This document shows positions 29,483-39,145 of a stretch of 64,000 bases of DNA, piece by piece (positions within the stretch are counted from its first letter, which is position 1; every line of letters starts with the position of its first letter). The notes beneath the pieces were generated by a model. The model searched no databases and had not been told where the DNA came from. It worked only from the letters and a program-made list of their open reading frames with translations. A program made the translations under genes and the position numbers. Source of the DNA: Kiritimatiellia bacterium (lineage in GTDB: Bacteria; Verrucomicrobiota; Kiritimatiellia; RFP12; DVOR01); contig JAFXKZ010000002.1 of NCBI GenBank assembly GCA_017531445.1, positions 9,286 to 73,285 on the forward strand. The letters are read 5' to 3'.

Positions 29483-30562
29483 TTAACGTGTGCTTTTTCT
29501 CTTTTTCGCTGCCTGTGATGTTTTTGAACCGGACGCCCTTTCGGTCAAATGATTTTGCAAATGCGGCGATTGCATCTGCATGAGAATTTTCCTTGTCGCT
29601 GTGGTAATCGGTAGTTTTTCCGGGGCGGCACACCATTGAAAATCGGGCGGCAGTGACGGCAGTTCGTCAGGAAGTTCTGCCGTAAAAACGGTGAGGATTT
29701 GTCGGAAATGGGAAAACGTCTGTTTATGGATATAGCATTTTTGAAGCCGGCGTATCGGAAAAGAGAGTAAATCTCTCCTCGGTAATTCCCAAAAACCATC
29801 AAGCAGTCGTTCGCCTTGGTGTTGCGTTAGAAGAAGTTCACCTTTTGCATTCCGCAAGAGGAGCACCTCATGCTTCCGTTCCGGCAATGCTTTACGCTTT
29901 AATGCGACCGGGTAATCTTCTTGTCGCATGGTTTCTGCTGCTTTACATTCGCTTCGCAGTGGGCATTGTGGGCAAACCGGGTGGCGAGGGGTGCAAATCA
30001 GTGCCCCCAATTCCATCATTGCCTGATTGAAGTCGCCCGGTGCAGCGCAAGCGGAGATGAAAGGACGCAGCCAGTTCGCCAAATTCCGCCGGGGGGCTTC
30101 TTTGGAAAAATCATCTGAAAGTAAATTCCGGCGGGCAAAAACGCGCGCTACATTACCATCGACAACCGGCTCGCATTCGTTAAAGCAAATACTTGCAATT
30201 GCCGCCGCTGTGTAGGCTCCAATGCCGGGGAGGTTTTTCAGTTCGCGGGCTGTTTGGGGCAGTCTGCCCTTGTTTTCTGCAACGAGTTGCTGTGCAGCTT
30301 TCCGAAGGTTGCGCACACGCGTGTAATAACCCAGCCCCTCCCATGCTTTGAGTAATGCTTCATCTGTTGCCGAAGCAAGCGCAAAAACATCTGGGAAAAG
30401 CTGCAAAAAACGCTCGAAATAAGGCCGGACGGTATTCACTTGCGTCTGCTGGAGCATTATTTCACTTACCCAGACTGCGTAGGCATCCGGGTGACCACGC
30501 CATGGCATTTCGCGACGGGCGTGATAATACCATTCCAGCAAGCGAAGACACCAAGGCGGCAT
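29483..30562 (-). CDS. mutY: A/G-specific adenine DNA glycosylase
   Basis: HhH-GPD element LPGIGAYTAAAI and Fe-S loop C-x6-C-x2-C-x5-C (CTPRHPVCPQCPLRSEC). ATG 30562 overlaps the upstream TGA by 1 nt. Confidence 0.9.
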   Translation of the reverse strand: MPPWCLRLLEWYYHARREMPWRGHPDAYAVWVSEIMLQQTQVNTVRPYFERFLQLFPDVFALASATDEALLKAWEGLGYYTRVRNLRKAAQQLVAENKGRLPQTARELKNLPGIGAYTAAAIASICFNECEPVVDGNVARVFARRNLLSDDFSKEAPRRNLANWLRPFISACAAPGDFNQAMMELGALICTPRHPVCPQCPLRSECKAAETMRQEDYPVALKRKALPERKHEVLLLRNAKGELLLTQHQGERLLDGFWELPRRDLLSFPIRRLQKCYIHKQTFSHFRQILTVFTAELPDELPSLPPDFQWCAAPEKLPITTATRKILMQMQSPHLQNHLTERASGSKTSQAAKKRKSTR

Positions 30563-31074
30563 CACCACGCTCCGTAGTGCACTTTTGTTGCATCAAAGCG
30601 TGTCCGGGCTTCCGGATGTTCGGCAGGGTGGCCGAGGGCGATCGCACTGACGGGGACAATCTGCTCCGGCAGTTTGAACGCCGTCTTTACTGCTTGGATA
30701 CGGTCATCATTGGGGTGAATGCCCAGCCAAACGGCGCCGAGCCCTTGCGCATGAAGTGCCAGGAGCAGATTTTGAATGGCGGCAGAAACGTCTTGCAAAA
30801 GATAGGAAAGTTGATTGCGATGTGCAGCAGCCAAATCGCCACAGACAATGATACCTGCCGGTGCATGGCGCAGCATTTGTCCGTAAGGGAGTGCATCTGC
30901 AAGTGCATCGCGGTCGGTTTGTTCGCGGACAATGATAAAGTGCCACGGATCGCAATGGCGGGCACTTGGTGCGGCCATCGCCGCTTCAAGCGCAAGTTTC
31001 AAGGCTTCATCACTGACAGGTGCATCGGTATATTTCCGGATGCTGCGGCGGGCTAACAAATCGGCGGGTGTCAT
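30562..31074 (-). CDS. nitroreductase-family protein
   Basis: N-terminal LLARRSIRKYTD. Start chosen at ATG 31074 (AGGA 9 nt upstream); the ORF track begins at TTG 31092. Confidence 0.75.
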   Translation of the reverse strand: MTPADLLARRSIRKYTDAPVSDEALKLALEAAMAAPSARHCDPWHFIIVREQTDRDALADALPYGQMLRHAPAGIIVCGDLAAAHRNQLSYLLQDVSAAIQNLLLALHAQGLGAVWLGIHPNDDRIQAVKTAFKLPEQIVPVSAIALGHPAEHPEARTRFDATKVHYGAW

Positions 31075-31090
31075 GAGGAACATTCCTTTC

Positions 31091-31130
31091 AAAGAGAAAA
31101 GCGTTTCGCAGAGGAAGCTTCGCGAAACGC
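31091..31130 (-). terminator. rho-independent terminator of pheS
   Basis: GCGTTTCGC / GCGAAACGC stem (31101-31109 / 31122-31130). The minus strand continues TTTTCTCTTT. Confidence 0.65.
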
Positions 31131-31168
31131 TTTCGTTGTAAAGCTCAAAGATTCAAAGTGAAAAGCGT

Positions 31169-32185
31169 TCAGGCGAGTTGGCTGAGGAAACGGATATCGT
31201 TTTCGTAAAGGAAACGAATATCCGGAATACCATACTTAATCATTGCGATTCGCTCTACGCCCATGCCAAACGCATATCCGTAAACTTTATCGGGATCGTA
31301 ACCCACGTGCTGGTAGACACGGGGATCAACCATTCCTGCACCGGCAATTTCAATCCATCCTGAATTTTTGCAAACACGGCAGCCTTTACCCTTGCAAACA
31401 TGGCAGGTAAAGTCAACCTCTACGCTCGGTTCGGTGAATGGGAAGAAGTGAGGGCGGAAACGCACTCCGATATCAGGTCCCATCATTTCACGGGCGAAGT
31501 AGGCCAACGTGCTCTTCAAATCTGCAAGCGAAACGGGGCGTATATCAACGTAAAGTCCTTCAATCTGATGGAAATTGGCCGAGTGTGTGGCATCGGTGGT
31601 ATCACGACGATAGCATCGTCCGGGATTGATGATACGCACCGGAGGCGGATTGTCCAACATCGTACGAATCTGCACCGGGCTGGTTTGAGTGCGCAATACG
31701 GTTTCAATGTCAAACCAGAACGTATCGCTCGGATCCATTGATGGGTGATGCGCGGCAGTGTTCAAAGCTGTAAAATTATTGAACTTTGTCTCAATGTCCG
31801 GACCGTCAGCGACAGTAAATCCAAGCCGATGGAAAATCTCGGCGGTTTCTTCAATTACACGGCTGACCGGGTGGATGACACCTTCTGAATGCCAGAGCCC
31901 CGGGCGGGAAACATCAAAGCCGGAAGTGGGAACTTCGGTTGCCTGCAATTGCGCGAGCTTGGCGTTGAGCTGCGTTTCAAATGTGCCACGCCATGCGCCG
32001 AGCTCCTTGCCAAACGCCGGACGATCCTGCGGAGGGACGTCCTTCATCTGTTTAACAAGCGCGGGAAGAAGCCCGTTGCGTCCAAGATATTTTACGCGCA
32101 GTGCATCAAGTGTTTCGATTGATTGAGCCGCTTCAAGTGCGGCAAGTGAGGCGGCGTGTTCTTGCTGTAAATCCTGCAATGTCAT
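31169..32185 (-). CDS. pheS: phenylalanine--tRNA ligase alpha subunit
   Basis: Class II aaRS motifs FRPHFFPFTEPS and IAGAGMVDP. 338 aa. Confidence 0.95.
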   Translation of the reverse strand: MTLQDLQQEHAASLAALEAAQSIETLDALRVKYLGRNGLLPALVKQMKDVPPQDRPAFGKELGAWRGTFETQLNAKLAQLQATEVPTSGFDVSRPGLWHSEGVIHPVSRVIEETAEIFHRLGFTVADGPDIETKFNNFTALNTAAHHPSMDPSDTFWFDIETVLRTQTSPVQIRTMLDNPPPVRIINPGRCYRRDTTDATHSANFHQIEGLYVDIRPVSLADLKSTLAYFAREMMGPDIGVRFRPHFFPFTEPSVEVDFTCHVCKGKGCRVCKNSGWIEIAGAGMVDPRVYQHVGYDPDKVYGYAFGMGVERIAMIKYGIPDIRFLYENDIRFLSQLA

Positions 32186-32476
32186 TGACGTTAATCCTTC
32201 AAAATGAGGGGCGCAATTAAAATAATCGTTGATATTTTACCATAAATGGTGCACCCTGCACAGGGAAAGACGGTGACTTTCATATTCGTTAATAGGAAAA
32301 TCTAAAAGAAGAAACAGACTTTCTGAAAATGGAAGCAGAGGGATTTCTGCAAAGAAGAGGGCGTAGAGGGGGACTGCTCTTGGGTGTTTGATTACCGGAT
32401 GGCGTATCTTTTGCGCAGAAGCGCGGGAGGATGACAGATTTATTTACTTTGTGCACTCCCAATTGAATCCATACGG

Positions 32477-34954
32477 TCAATCTGTGGATTCATGATTTTC
32501 AGATTGGGCGGTAGTTGCCAGAACTTTTTGGAATCGGGCGATAAGTGTTTGTCTATTGCGGAAAGCCTCAATTTTTGTCGGCAAAGCATTGGCAAACAGG
32601 GTGCCGTAATTTTTTCTCAGGATGCGCGTGTCTGCAACAACAACCATCCCTTTATCGGAACGGCTTCTGATAAGGCGGCCAAATCCTTGGCGGAACTTAA
32701 TGATCGCTTGGGGCAAAGAGAGTTCTGCAAAAGAAGAGCGTCCGGCGTGATCAATCTGTTCGCATCGTGCTTTGAAGAGCGGATCACCAATTGTTTCAAA
32801 GGGCAATCGTGCAATGACGACACATTTAAGTGCATCTCCAATGACATCAACACCTTCCCAGAAGCTCTGGGTGCCAAAAAGAACTGTTGGATGTTTTTGT
32901 TCGCGGAAAGCTTCGGTCATTGCTTCCCGACTGAGCGTGGAAGCTTGTGTTAAAAGTGTAATGCCATTTGCTTTGAGGTGCGGCTCCAGGATCTCCGAGC
33001 AGGCTCTCAGCATGTCATATGAGGTAAAGAGTGCAAGGCTGCGCCCTTTTGCTGTGACAAAAAGTTTGTACATCAGCCGGGAAAGTTCCAGAGTGTATTC
33101 TTTGGGTGATGCGATTTCCGGTAAAAAATCCGGAACGGCTACAGAACATTGGGCCGGATAGTCAAAAGGACTCTCTGCTACAAACTCCTGAATTCGCGCT
33201 GTATTTTGAATAAGATTCAGTCCAAGTCGTTCACGAATGTGTGAGAAATCATTCCGAATGCGGAGCGTCGCGGAAGAAAAGATGATTGAGTCTTTGTGAT
33301 TGTAAAGCAAATGGTTGAGTTGAGTTGAAATGTCAAGAGGTGCCGCTGTCAGGATGACGGCATGTTCCTCCGGGGCCAGTCGCGTCATCCAATAAACCAT
33401 TCCGGGATCATCTCCACGAAGAAGCCCGTCAAGAGTAATACCAAATTCCGAAAAAAGATCGCGCGTTGATTTCAGCAATGAGGCAAGGTCTTCATAAGGA
33501 TTTTCCGTTTCACCCGGCGGAAGATTGCGCGCGATTTCAATTTGAAACTGCTCTAAAAGATGGGTGATGATGCCGAGTTCAGTTGCAATTTCTGTGGCGT
33601 ATAATGCAATGTCCGATTCGGCAACAAATGGTTCAGCGATGCGAAATGTGCCCTGAGAAAAGGCGATTTCGCGTCGTAAGAGAGGCGATGTTGCTGTTGA
33701 TTGGGTATGTCCAGCCGGGACGGAACGGTAGCGAAGTGTACTTTCCGGTGTCTGTGTGAAGAAATTGGAAAGCACGTTAAAAAGTGCTTTTCCTGAGGCT
33801 GCAAGGGCTAACCCATGCTTGCGTAATGCCGCTAATTGCTCAACGAGACGTGCGCGTTCGGCATCGTTCTGAATTGCTTTATCAATGAAGTCTGTTCTAA
33901 TTTGTTGGAAAATACTTGTTGCTTCGCGCCCCTTTCCGGGAGCGATTTTTTGACAGAGCTCATAAAGCGTGATGGGCGAGATCTCGGCGGAAAACGCTGA
34001 AGTTGCCGCTGTTTCCAGATTATGTGCTTCATCAAATACGATTTGTGCGTGTGGAGGAAGCAGTTTTCCGGGGTTGGAGAGTTCTGCGAATACCAATGCG
34101 TGATTGGCGATGATCAGATCGGCTGCAAGGGCTTCTTGTCTGGCTTTTTGAAGGAAACAGCGTCGATAAAATCGGCATGATTTTCCTGTACATGAACCAG
34201 AATGGCAGCCAAAAGTGCGCACAAATGCCATATCTCCACGCGAATGTTTGGGACGGAATGTGTCCAAGTCGCCATCGGGCGTTCGCGCACTCCATGCAAC
34301 AATGTCGGCAAATAGAAGAGCCTCTTGTTCTGATAATTTTTCAAAGCCTCCCTCGACAAAAGCACCAAAATGCTTTAGGCACAAGTAATTGTTGCGCCCT
34401 TTAAGGACAACGGCATTAAGCGGACGTTCAAGTTTTCCTGCGGCTGCGAGTGCTTGAGCAACCAGCGGTAAATCCTTTGTCAACAATTGAGATTGCAGGT
34501 TACGTGTATTTGTTGAGATGACAATCGGCAGATTGTTTTGGATAGCCCAGTGCGCACAGGGGAGGAGATAGGCCAGGCTTTTGCCAACGCCTGTGCCTGC
34601 TTCCGATAAAAGAAACGCCTGTGTGTTTAATGCTTTGGCCACTTCTTTGGCCATCAAAAGTTGTCCGGTGCGCGGTTCGTAACTTTTGAAAATTCGTGCT
34701 AAGCCTTGCCCATTTGCTTTGAAAAGTGAGTCAATTAGGTCGAGTTGAACAGGCTCCCATGTTTCCGGCAGGGTAATATCTCTGGAATGTGTCCGCTGAA
34801 ATTGCGGGAAGTGTGCATACCAGACGTCGTCGGAAAAAGTGTTGAACAACTGTCGATTTTGCTCTGCTTCAATCTCTGAAATGAACGTTTGGTGGCCAGC
34901 ACTTCGGGCGCAAGCCATCATCACGTCCAGTGCCCATGGAGGAAGATTAGTCAT
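32477..34954 (-). CDS. dinG: DinG/XPD-family ATP-dependent DNA helicase (Fe-S type)
   Basis: Walker A AGTGVGKSLAYL, DEAH box VFDEAHNLE and a Cys cluster CHSGSCTGKSCRFYRRC. Start ATG 34954 has an 8-nt overlap with ymdB. Confidence 0.85.
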   Translation of the reverse strand: MTNLPPWALDVMMACARSAGHQTFISEIEAEQNRQLFNTFSDDVWYAHFPQFQRTHSRDITLPETWEPVQLDLIDSLFKANGQGLARIFKSYEPRTGQLLMAKEVAKALNTQAFLLSEAGTGVGKSLAYLLPCAHWAIQNNLPIVISTNTRNLQSQLLTKDLPLVAQALAAAGKLERPLNAVVLKGRNNYLCLKHFGAFVEGGFEKLSEQEALLFADIVAWSARTPDGDLDTFRPKHSRGDMAFVRTFGCHSGSCTGKSCRFYRRCFLQKARQEALAADLIIANHALVFAELSNPGKLLPPHAQIVFDEAHNLETAATSAFSAEISPITLYELCQKIAPGKGREATSIFQQIRTDFIDKAIQNDAERARLVEQLAALRKHGLALAASGKALFNVLSNFFTQTPESTLRYRSVPAGHTQSTATSPLLRREIAFSQGTFRIAEPFVAESDIALYATEIATELGIITHLLEQFQIEIARNLPPGETENPYEDLASLLKSTRDLFSEFGITLDGLLRGDDPGMVYWMTRLAPEEHAVILTAAPLDISTQLNHLLYNHKDSIIFSSATLRIRNDFSHIRERLGLNLIQNTARIQEFVAESPFDYPAQCSVAVPDFLPEIASPKEYTLELSRLMYKLFVTAKGRSLALFTSYDMLRACSEILEPHLKANGITLLTQASTLSREAMTEAFREQKHPTVLFGTQSFWEGVDVIGDALKCVVIARLPFETIGDPLFKARCEQIDHAGRSSFAELSLPQAIIKFRQGFGRLIRSRSDKGMVVVADTRILRKNYGTLFANALPTKIEAFRNRQTLIARFQKVLATTAQSENHESTD

Positions 34955-35726
34955 TGAAACAGTAGCGAACCGCAGTAATTGAGGAAGGGAAACGTGCGCC
35001 ACGTGGTAAATCAACGATGGCACCTTCAAGTTTGGTTGCGCCGGAGGCGACGTCAAACTTTGCGGGGATACCTGTCGTAAATTTCTTTAATACAGGCTCA
35101 ATTTGCCGGCCGATAACGGAGTGCATCGGCCCGGTCATGCCAACGTCTGTAATGTAGGCTGTACCTTTTTCAAGAAGCGTTGCATCGCTGGTCTGTACAT
35201 GGGTGTGCGTACCAAAGACGCAGGCGACCCTGCCATCCAGCCAATAGCCCATGGCGATTTTTTCGCTGGTGGCTTCAGCATGCATATCAACAAAGACTGG
35301 AATGGTTGCGGGAATTTTTGACAACGTCTTGTCGATTGCCCGGAATGGGTTGTCGGTAGACATCATAAAGACTTGTCCCAAAAGTGAGACGACCGCGATA
35401 GGGCCGAACGCCGTTTCTGCGATTGCCACTGTCGCCCCCGGATTACTTTCGGGAAAGTTAGCAGGGCGGACAATTCGTTTTTCGCTCCCGATTTGAGCGT
35501 CAAAACCTCGTTGCCCCCATGTGTGATCGCCGAGCGTAAGCAATGTTGCGCCGGCATCAAAGAGTTCTTGCGCTACGGGTGATGTAATGCCACTTCCCGC
35601 TGCCGCATTTTCGGCATTGGCAATAATGGCATGAACTTCGCCGCTCTCAAGTAATTGTTTGGCAACACGTTTGAAACAATTACGTCCCGGAGCACCAACA
35701 ATATCACCGACCAAAAGAATTTTCAT
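34947..35726 (-). CDS. ymdB: YmdB-family metallophosphoesterase (2',3'-cyclic-nucleotide phosphodiesterase)
   Basis: MKILLVGDIVGAPGR N-terminus and later GDH/HAE metal-ligand motifs. Confidence 0.85.
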   Translation of the reverse strand: MKILLVGDIVGAPGRNCFKRVAKQLLESGEVHAIIANAENAAAGSGITSPVAQELFDAGATLLTLGDHTWGQRGFDAQIGSEKRIVRPANFPESNPGATVAIAETAFGPIAVVSLLGQVFMMSTDNPFRAIDKTLSKIPATIPVFVDMHAEATSEKIAMGYWLDGRVACVFGTHTHVQTSDATLLEKGTAYITDVGMTGPMHSVIGRQIEPVLKKFTTGIPAKFDVASGATKLEGAIVDLPRGARFPSSITAVRYCFND

Positions 35727-35916
35727 ATTGCTCCTTGTGTGATTGAGACGAGGTTTTTTTTAGTAAGGATGATTTATTGTTTGATGGGAAATGAAGCAGA
35801 TCCCGTAAGATGATTACACCCAAATCAAAGGTGGATTCTTCTTTTTACAGGGTGCGTTGTTTGTGCACAATGTTCAGTGAAAAATCCTATTGTGTGTGTT
35901 TCCAATCGCTTGTCTT

Positions 35917-35944
35917 AAAAAAGGACGTCCCCCTTGAGACGCCC
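35917..35944 (-). terminator. terminator downstream of the aspartate kinase gene
   Basis: On the minus strand, GGGCGUC/GACGUCC form a 7-bp stem (one G-U pair) followed by a U6 run. Confidence 0.55.
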
Positions 35945-35970
35945 TTTTTTTCAAGGTCTTGGCAGACGTC

Positions 35971-37332
35971 TTACCCCTTAAAGAAAGCGTGATATAGAGC
36001 CTTCACTGCTTTTTCTCGTTGTGAAGCCTGGACGCCAAACATCATTGAGATCTCAGATGAACCTTGATTCATCATGTCGATTGAAATGCCTTGACGGAAG
36101 AGTGCAAGCGTTGCATGTGCCGCCATCCCGGGTGTATAGTAGAGTCCTTCGCCGACAATCATGATTAACGCTGTGCCGCGCTCAATCTGCAAGTTGTCAG
36201 GTTGGAGATCGCGCATGATGTGGTCGCGTACGCGTCCTTCAACTTCCTGAGTGAACCCTTCTTCGCGGAACACAACAGAAACATTATCAATGCCAGAGGG
36301 CATATGTTCGTAAGAAATGCCTTCTTCTTCAAGAATTTGCAAAAGTTTTCGTCCGAATCCGACTTCACGGTTCATCATGTATTTGTCAATGTAAAGAGTG
36401 CAGAATCCGGTAGAAGAAGCAATTCCTACGACTGAACCTTGCCGGGCACGCCGATGGTGAACAACCATCGTTCCAGGAGCTTCTGGACGGTTGGTATTAC
36501 GAATGTTAATTGGAATAGCGGCACGGACGGCCGGTATAATGGCTTCGTCTTGGAAGACACCAAAGCCGGCATAAGAAAGCTCTCGCATTTCACGATAGGT
36601 CATCTCCGGGATGCCTACGGAAACTTCTGGAACCAACCGAGGATCTACAGGGTAAACGGCATCTACGTCGGTGAAGTTTTCGTAGACCGATGCTTTCACC
36701 GCCGCTGCGAGAATTGAGCCGGTAATGTCTGAGCCTCCACGGGGGAATGTCGCGATATCACCTGCTTTAGTATAGCCGAAAAATCCGGGGAAAATCTGGA
36801 TATAATTCTTATTGCAGAGTGATTGCGCCAAGAGTTTGTAAGATTCTGGCAATACCTGTGCATTTCCGAAGTCATCGGACATCAACAATCCGGCCTCTTT
36901 AGGGTTGACATATTCGGCTGCCACCCCTTTCTTGCGGAAAACGGCTGCTACGATACGGGCAGAGTTGTCTTCGCCTGCCGCCTTCATGGCATCCATGAAA
37001 CGAGCGGCATTATTGGGATCGCGATTGGCTATGCGCGCTTCAAGATCGGAGCGTATTTCATGGATGATTTCATCACTCAAGCCAAAACCTTGTTGGATGA
37101 CAGCATAGCGGGCAACGATCTCTTCCAAGACTTCTGTATGGTCACGATCAGTCAAGCAACAGCCAGCGCATTCAATCAGAAGATCGGTGACTTTGGTGTC
37201 ATTCTTGTTGCGCTTTCCCGGAGCAGAAACAACTACTATTTTGCGAGCAGGATCGGAAGAAATGATGTCAAAAATCTTTTGAATCTGTACATCGTCAGCG
37301 ACGGAAGACCCGCCAAATTTACAAACTTTCAT
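35971..37332 (-). CDS. lysC: aspartate kinase
   Basis: MKVCKFGGSSVAD N-terminus, VVVSAPG, and C-terminal ACT-like region. 453 aa. Confidence 0.9.
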   Translation of the reverse strand: MKVCKFGGSSVADDVQIQKIFDIISSDPARKIVVVSAPGKRNKNDTKVTDLLIECAGCCLTDRDHTEVLEEIVARYAVIQQGFGLSDEIIHEIRSDLEARIANRDPNNAARFMDAMKAAGEDNSARIVAAVFRKKGVAAEYVNPKEAGLLMSDDFGNAQVLPESYKLLAQSLCNKNYIQIFPGFFGYTKAGDIATFPRGGSDITGSILAAAVKASVYENFTDVDAVYPVDPRLVPEVSVGIPEMTYREMRELSYAGFGVFQDEAIIPAVRAAIPINIRNTNRPEAPGTMVVHHRRARQGSVVGIASSTGFCTLYIDKYMMNREVGFGRKLLQILEEEGISYEHMPSGIDNVSVVFREEGFTQEVEGRVRDHIMRDLQPDNLQIERGTALIMIVGEGLYYTPGMAAHATLALFRQGISIDMMNQGSSEISMMFGVQASQREKAVKALYHAFFKG

Positions 37333-37413
37333 AGTGTCAAGTTGTCCTTTGCAAGAGCGTGTTAAATTGTCTTTGTAGATGCATAGGGCGTTTTACTTGT
37401 GTTGAGTTTCAAG

Positions 37414-38718
37414 TCAAAACATACAAAGGCTTCGTGGCATATCCTGAACAATACCTGCCGCATGAATTTCGGTTAGTGCAGTATTCAAGTCGCCAGCGCG
37501 AGCTGGTTGGGTAAGAATTACTACTGGGACAAATCCTGCAGCACGCTGCTCATCGGTCGGCTCGTGTTGGCTGGCAGCAAAGATGCTGACACCATGGTCG
37601 CCGAGAATTGTCGCAAATCGTCCAACCATCCCACAGGCATCCTTTACCATCAAGCGGACATAATAGCGACTGGTACAGGCTTCAGGAGGAAGAAGATCAT
37701 AGGAACTTTCCGCAATAATGGGAAGCGGTTCAGCTTCGCGCGGTACACGAGAAGCAACGTGCCTTGCGACCGAAACGATGTCGGAGATTACGGCACTTGC
37801 GGTGGCGGCACGTCCGGCACCACGCCCATAATAAAGAGTGTCGCCTGTCATTGAGCCATCAATAAGTACAGCGTTGAAAACATCGCTGACGGAGGCGAGC
37901 ATGTGAGTCTTGGGTACTAAGGTCGGATTAACACGAACTTCAAGCTTCCCGTCATGCGCTTTGCATACAGCCAAGAGTTTGATCACATAGCCTAGCTCAT
38001 CGGCATATTTTACATCGACAAGGTCAAGCCCGCGAATGCCTTCCACTCTGACTTTATCTAATGGAACGCTGACACCGTAGGACAAAGAGGCGAGGATGCA
38101 AATCTTATGTGCTGTATCAAATCCATCAATATCGAGCGAAGGGTTGGCTTCGGCATAGCCCAAGCGTTGTGCATCTGCTAATACGATGTCAAACGCAGTC
38201 CCCTCACGCGCCATTCGTGTGAGAATATAATTGCAGGTGCCGTTCAGAATGCCATAAACTGCTTTGATGTCATTGGCGACCAAGCCATCACGCAAAGATC
38301 TGATAATAGGGATGCCGCCACCAACACTGGCTCCAAAATAGAGATCAACATTTTTCTCGCGCGCAAGAGCAAAAAGTTCTGCACCCTTTTCTGCAAGTAA
38401 CTTCTTGTTCGCGGTGACAACAGATTTCCCTGCTTCCAAGGCCGTTTTGATGACGGTATAGGCGATTCCTGTGCCGCCAATCAGCTCAACAACAATGTCA
38501 ATATCTTTGCGAGTCGTTAGAGCGAGAGCGTCAGTTGAGAGCAGTGCTTGCGGGACTTCAACACCACGATCTGTTGTAATGTCCAAATCCGCGATTCCTT
38601 TAAGCGCGACATTTACTCCGCAACGGCGAGAAAGGAGTGCAGTTCCTGTTAAAAGCCCCTCCGCTACACCGGCACCTACTGTGCCGAAACCGATAATGCC
38701 AACGCCGACTTCTTTCAT
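37414..38718 (-). CDS. hom: homoserine dehydrogenase
   Basis: Rossmann N-terminus GIIGFGTVGAG and a C-terminal ACT-like domain. 434 aa. Confidence 0.9.
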   Translation of the reverse strand: MKEVGVGIIGFGTVGAGVAEGLLTGTALLSRRCGVNVALKGIADLDITTDRGVEVPQALLSTDALALTTRKDIDIVVELIGGTGIAYTVIKTALEAGKSVVTANKKLLAEKGAELFALAREKNVDLYFGASVGGGIPIIRSLRDGLVANDIKAVYGILNGTCNYILTRMAREGTAFDIVLADAQRLGYAEANPSLDIDGFDTAHKICILASLSYGVSVPLDKVRVEGIRGLDLVDVKYADELGYVIKLLAVCKAHDGKLEVRVNPTLVPKTHMLASVSDVFNAVLIDGSMTGDTLYYGRGAGRAATASAVISDIVSVARHVASRVPREAEPLPIIAESSYDLLPPEACTSRYYVRLMVKDACGMVGRFATILGDHGVSIFAASQHEPTDEQRAAGFVPVVILTQPARAGDLNTALTEIHAAGIVQDMPRSLCMF

Positions 38719-38943
38719 GTGAGCTCCAAAGGTTAATACAAAATCGAATGCAATACAGCATTACAATAGCAAAAAAGCGTAATTTTGCGCAATGCAATTG
38801 GTGCAATCCAGGTGGGGAATTGATACTGAGAAATGGAATAGGCGACTTTGGTTAATGGTGTACTAATGATGATTGAAAGATTTGTTTCGCAATGATTTTC
38901 TTTTCACTTGCGTCGCTTTAGCCGATTCTGTTATCATGTTGCG

Positions 38944-39121
38944 ATGATGTCCCTTGTATTTGACGGAATGTTGCTTCGATTGATGTTGTTGCTTAAATGT
39001 GGCAACATGCGGAGTCATGTTCACGAAAAATAATAAAGGTGATGTGAACAGAATGATCTCCGCAGGTTGGTAAACGGCGGGGATCATTATTGTATAAGGA
39101 TCTCTGTCACCTGAGGAGATC
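38944..39121 (+). promoter_or_regulatory. candidate leuA leader: Leu-rich 29-codon ORF plus mutually exclusive hairpins
   Basis: ORF 38944-39033 encodes MMSLVFDGMLLRLMLLLKCGNMRSHVHEK. The arm at 39052-39063 can pair with 39077-39088 (12 bp), or the arm at 39055-39066 can pair with 39110-39121 (11 of 12). Confidence 0.3.
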
Positions 39122-39145
39122 GGCCAGAAAGATAGGATAGAAACA

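Noticed and set aside
32186-32476. A T-box or leader element upstream of pheS
   Set aside because: Only short hairpins are present (for example GGTGCACCCTGCACAGGG). No specifier loop or T-box consensus was recognisable by eye.
36823-37365. 180-aa plus-strand ORF
   Set aside because: It is antisense to the aspartate kinase gene.
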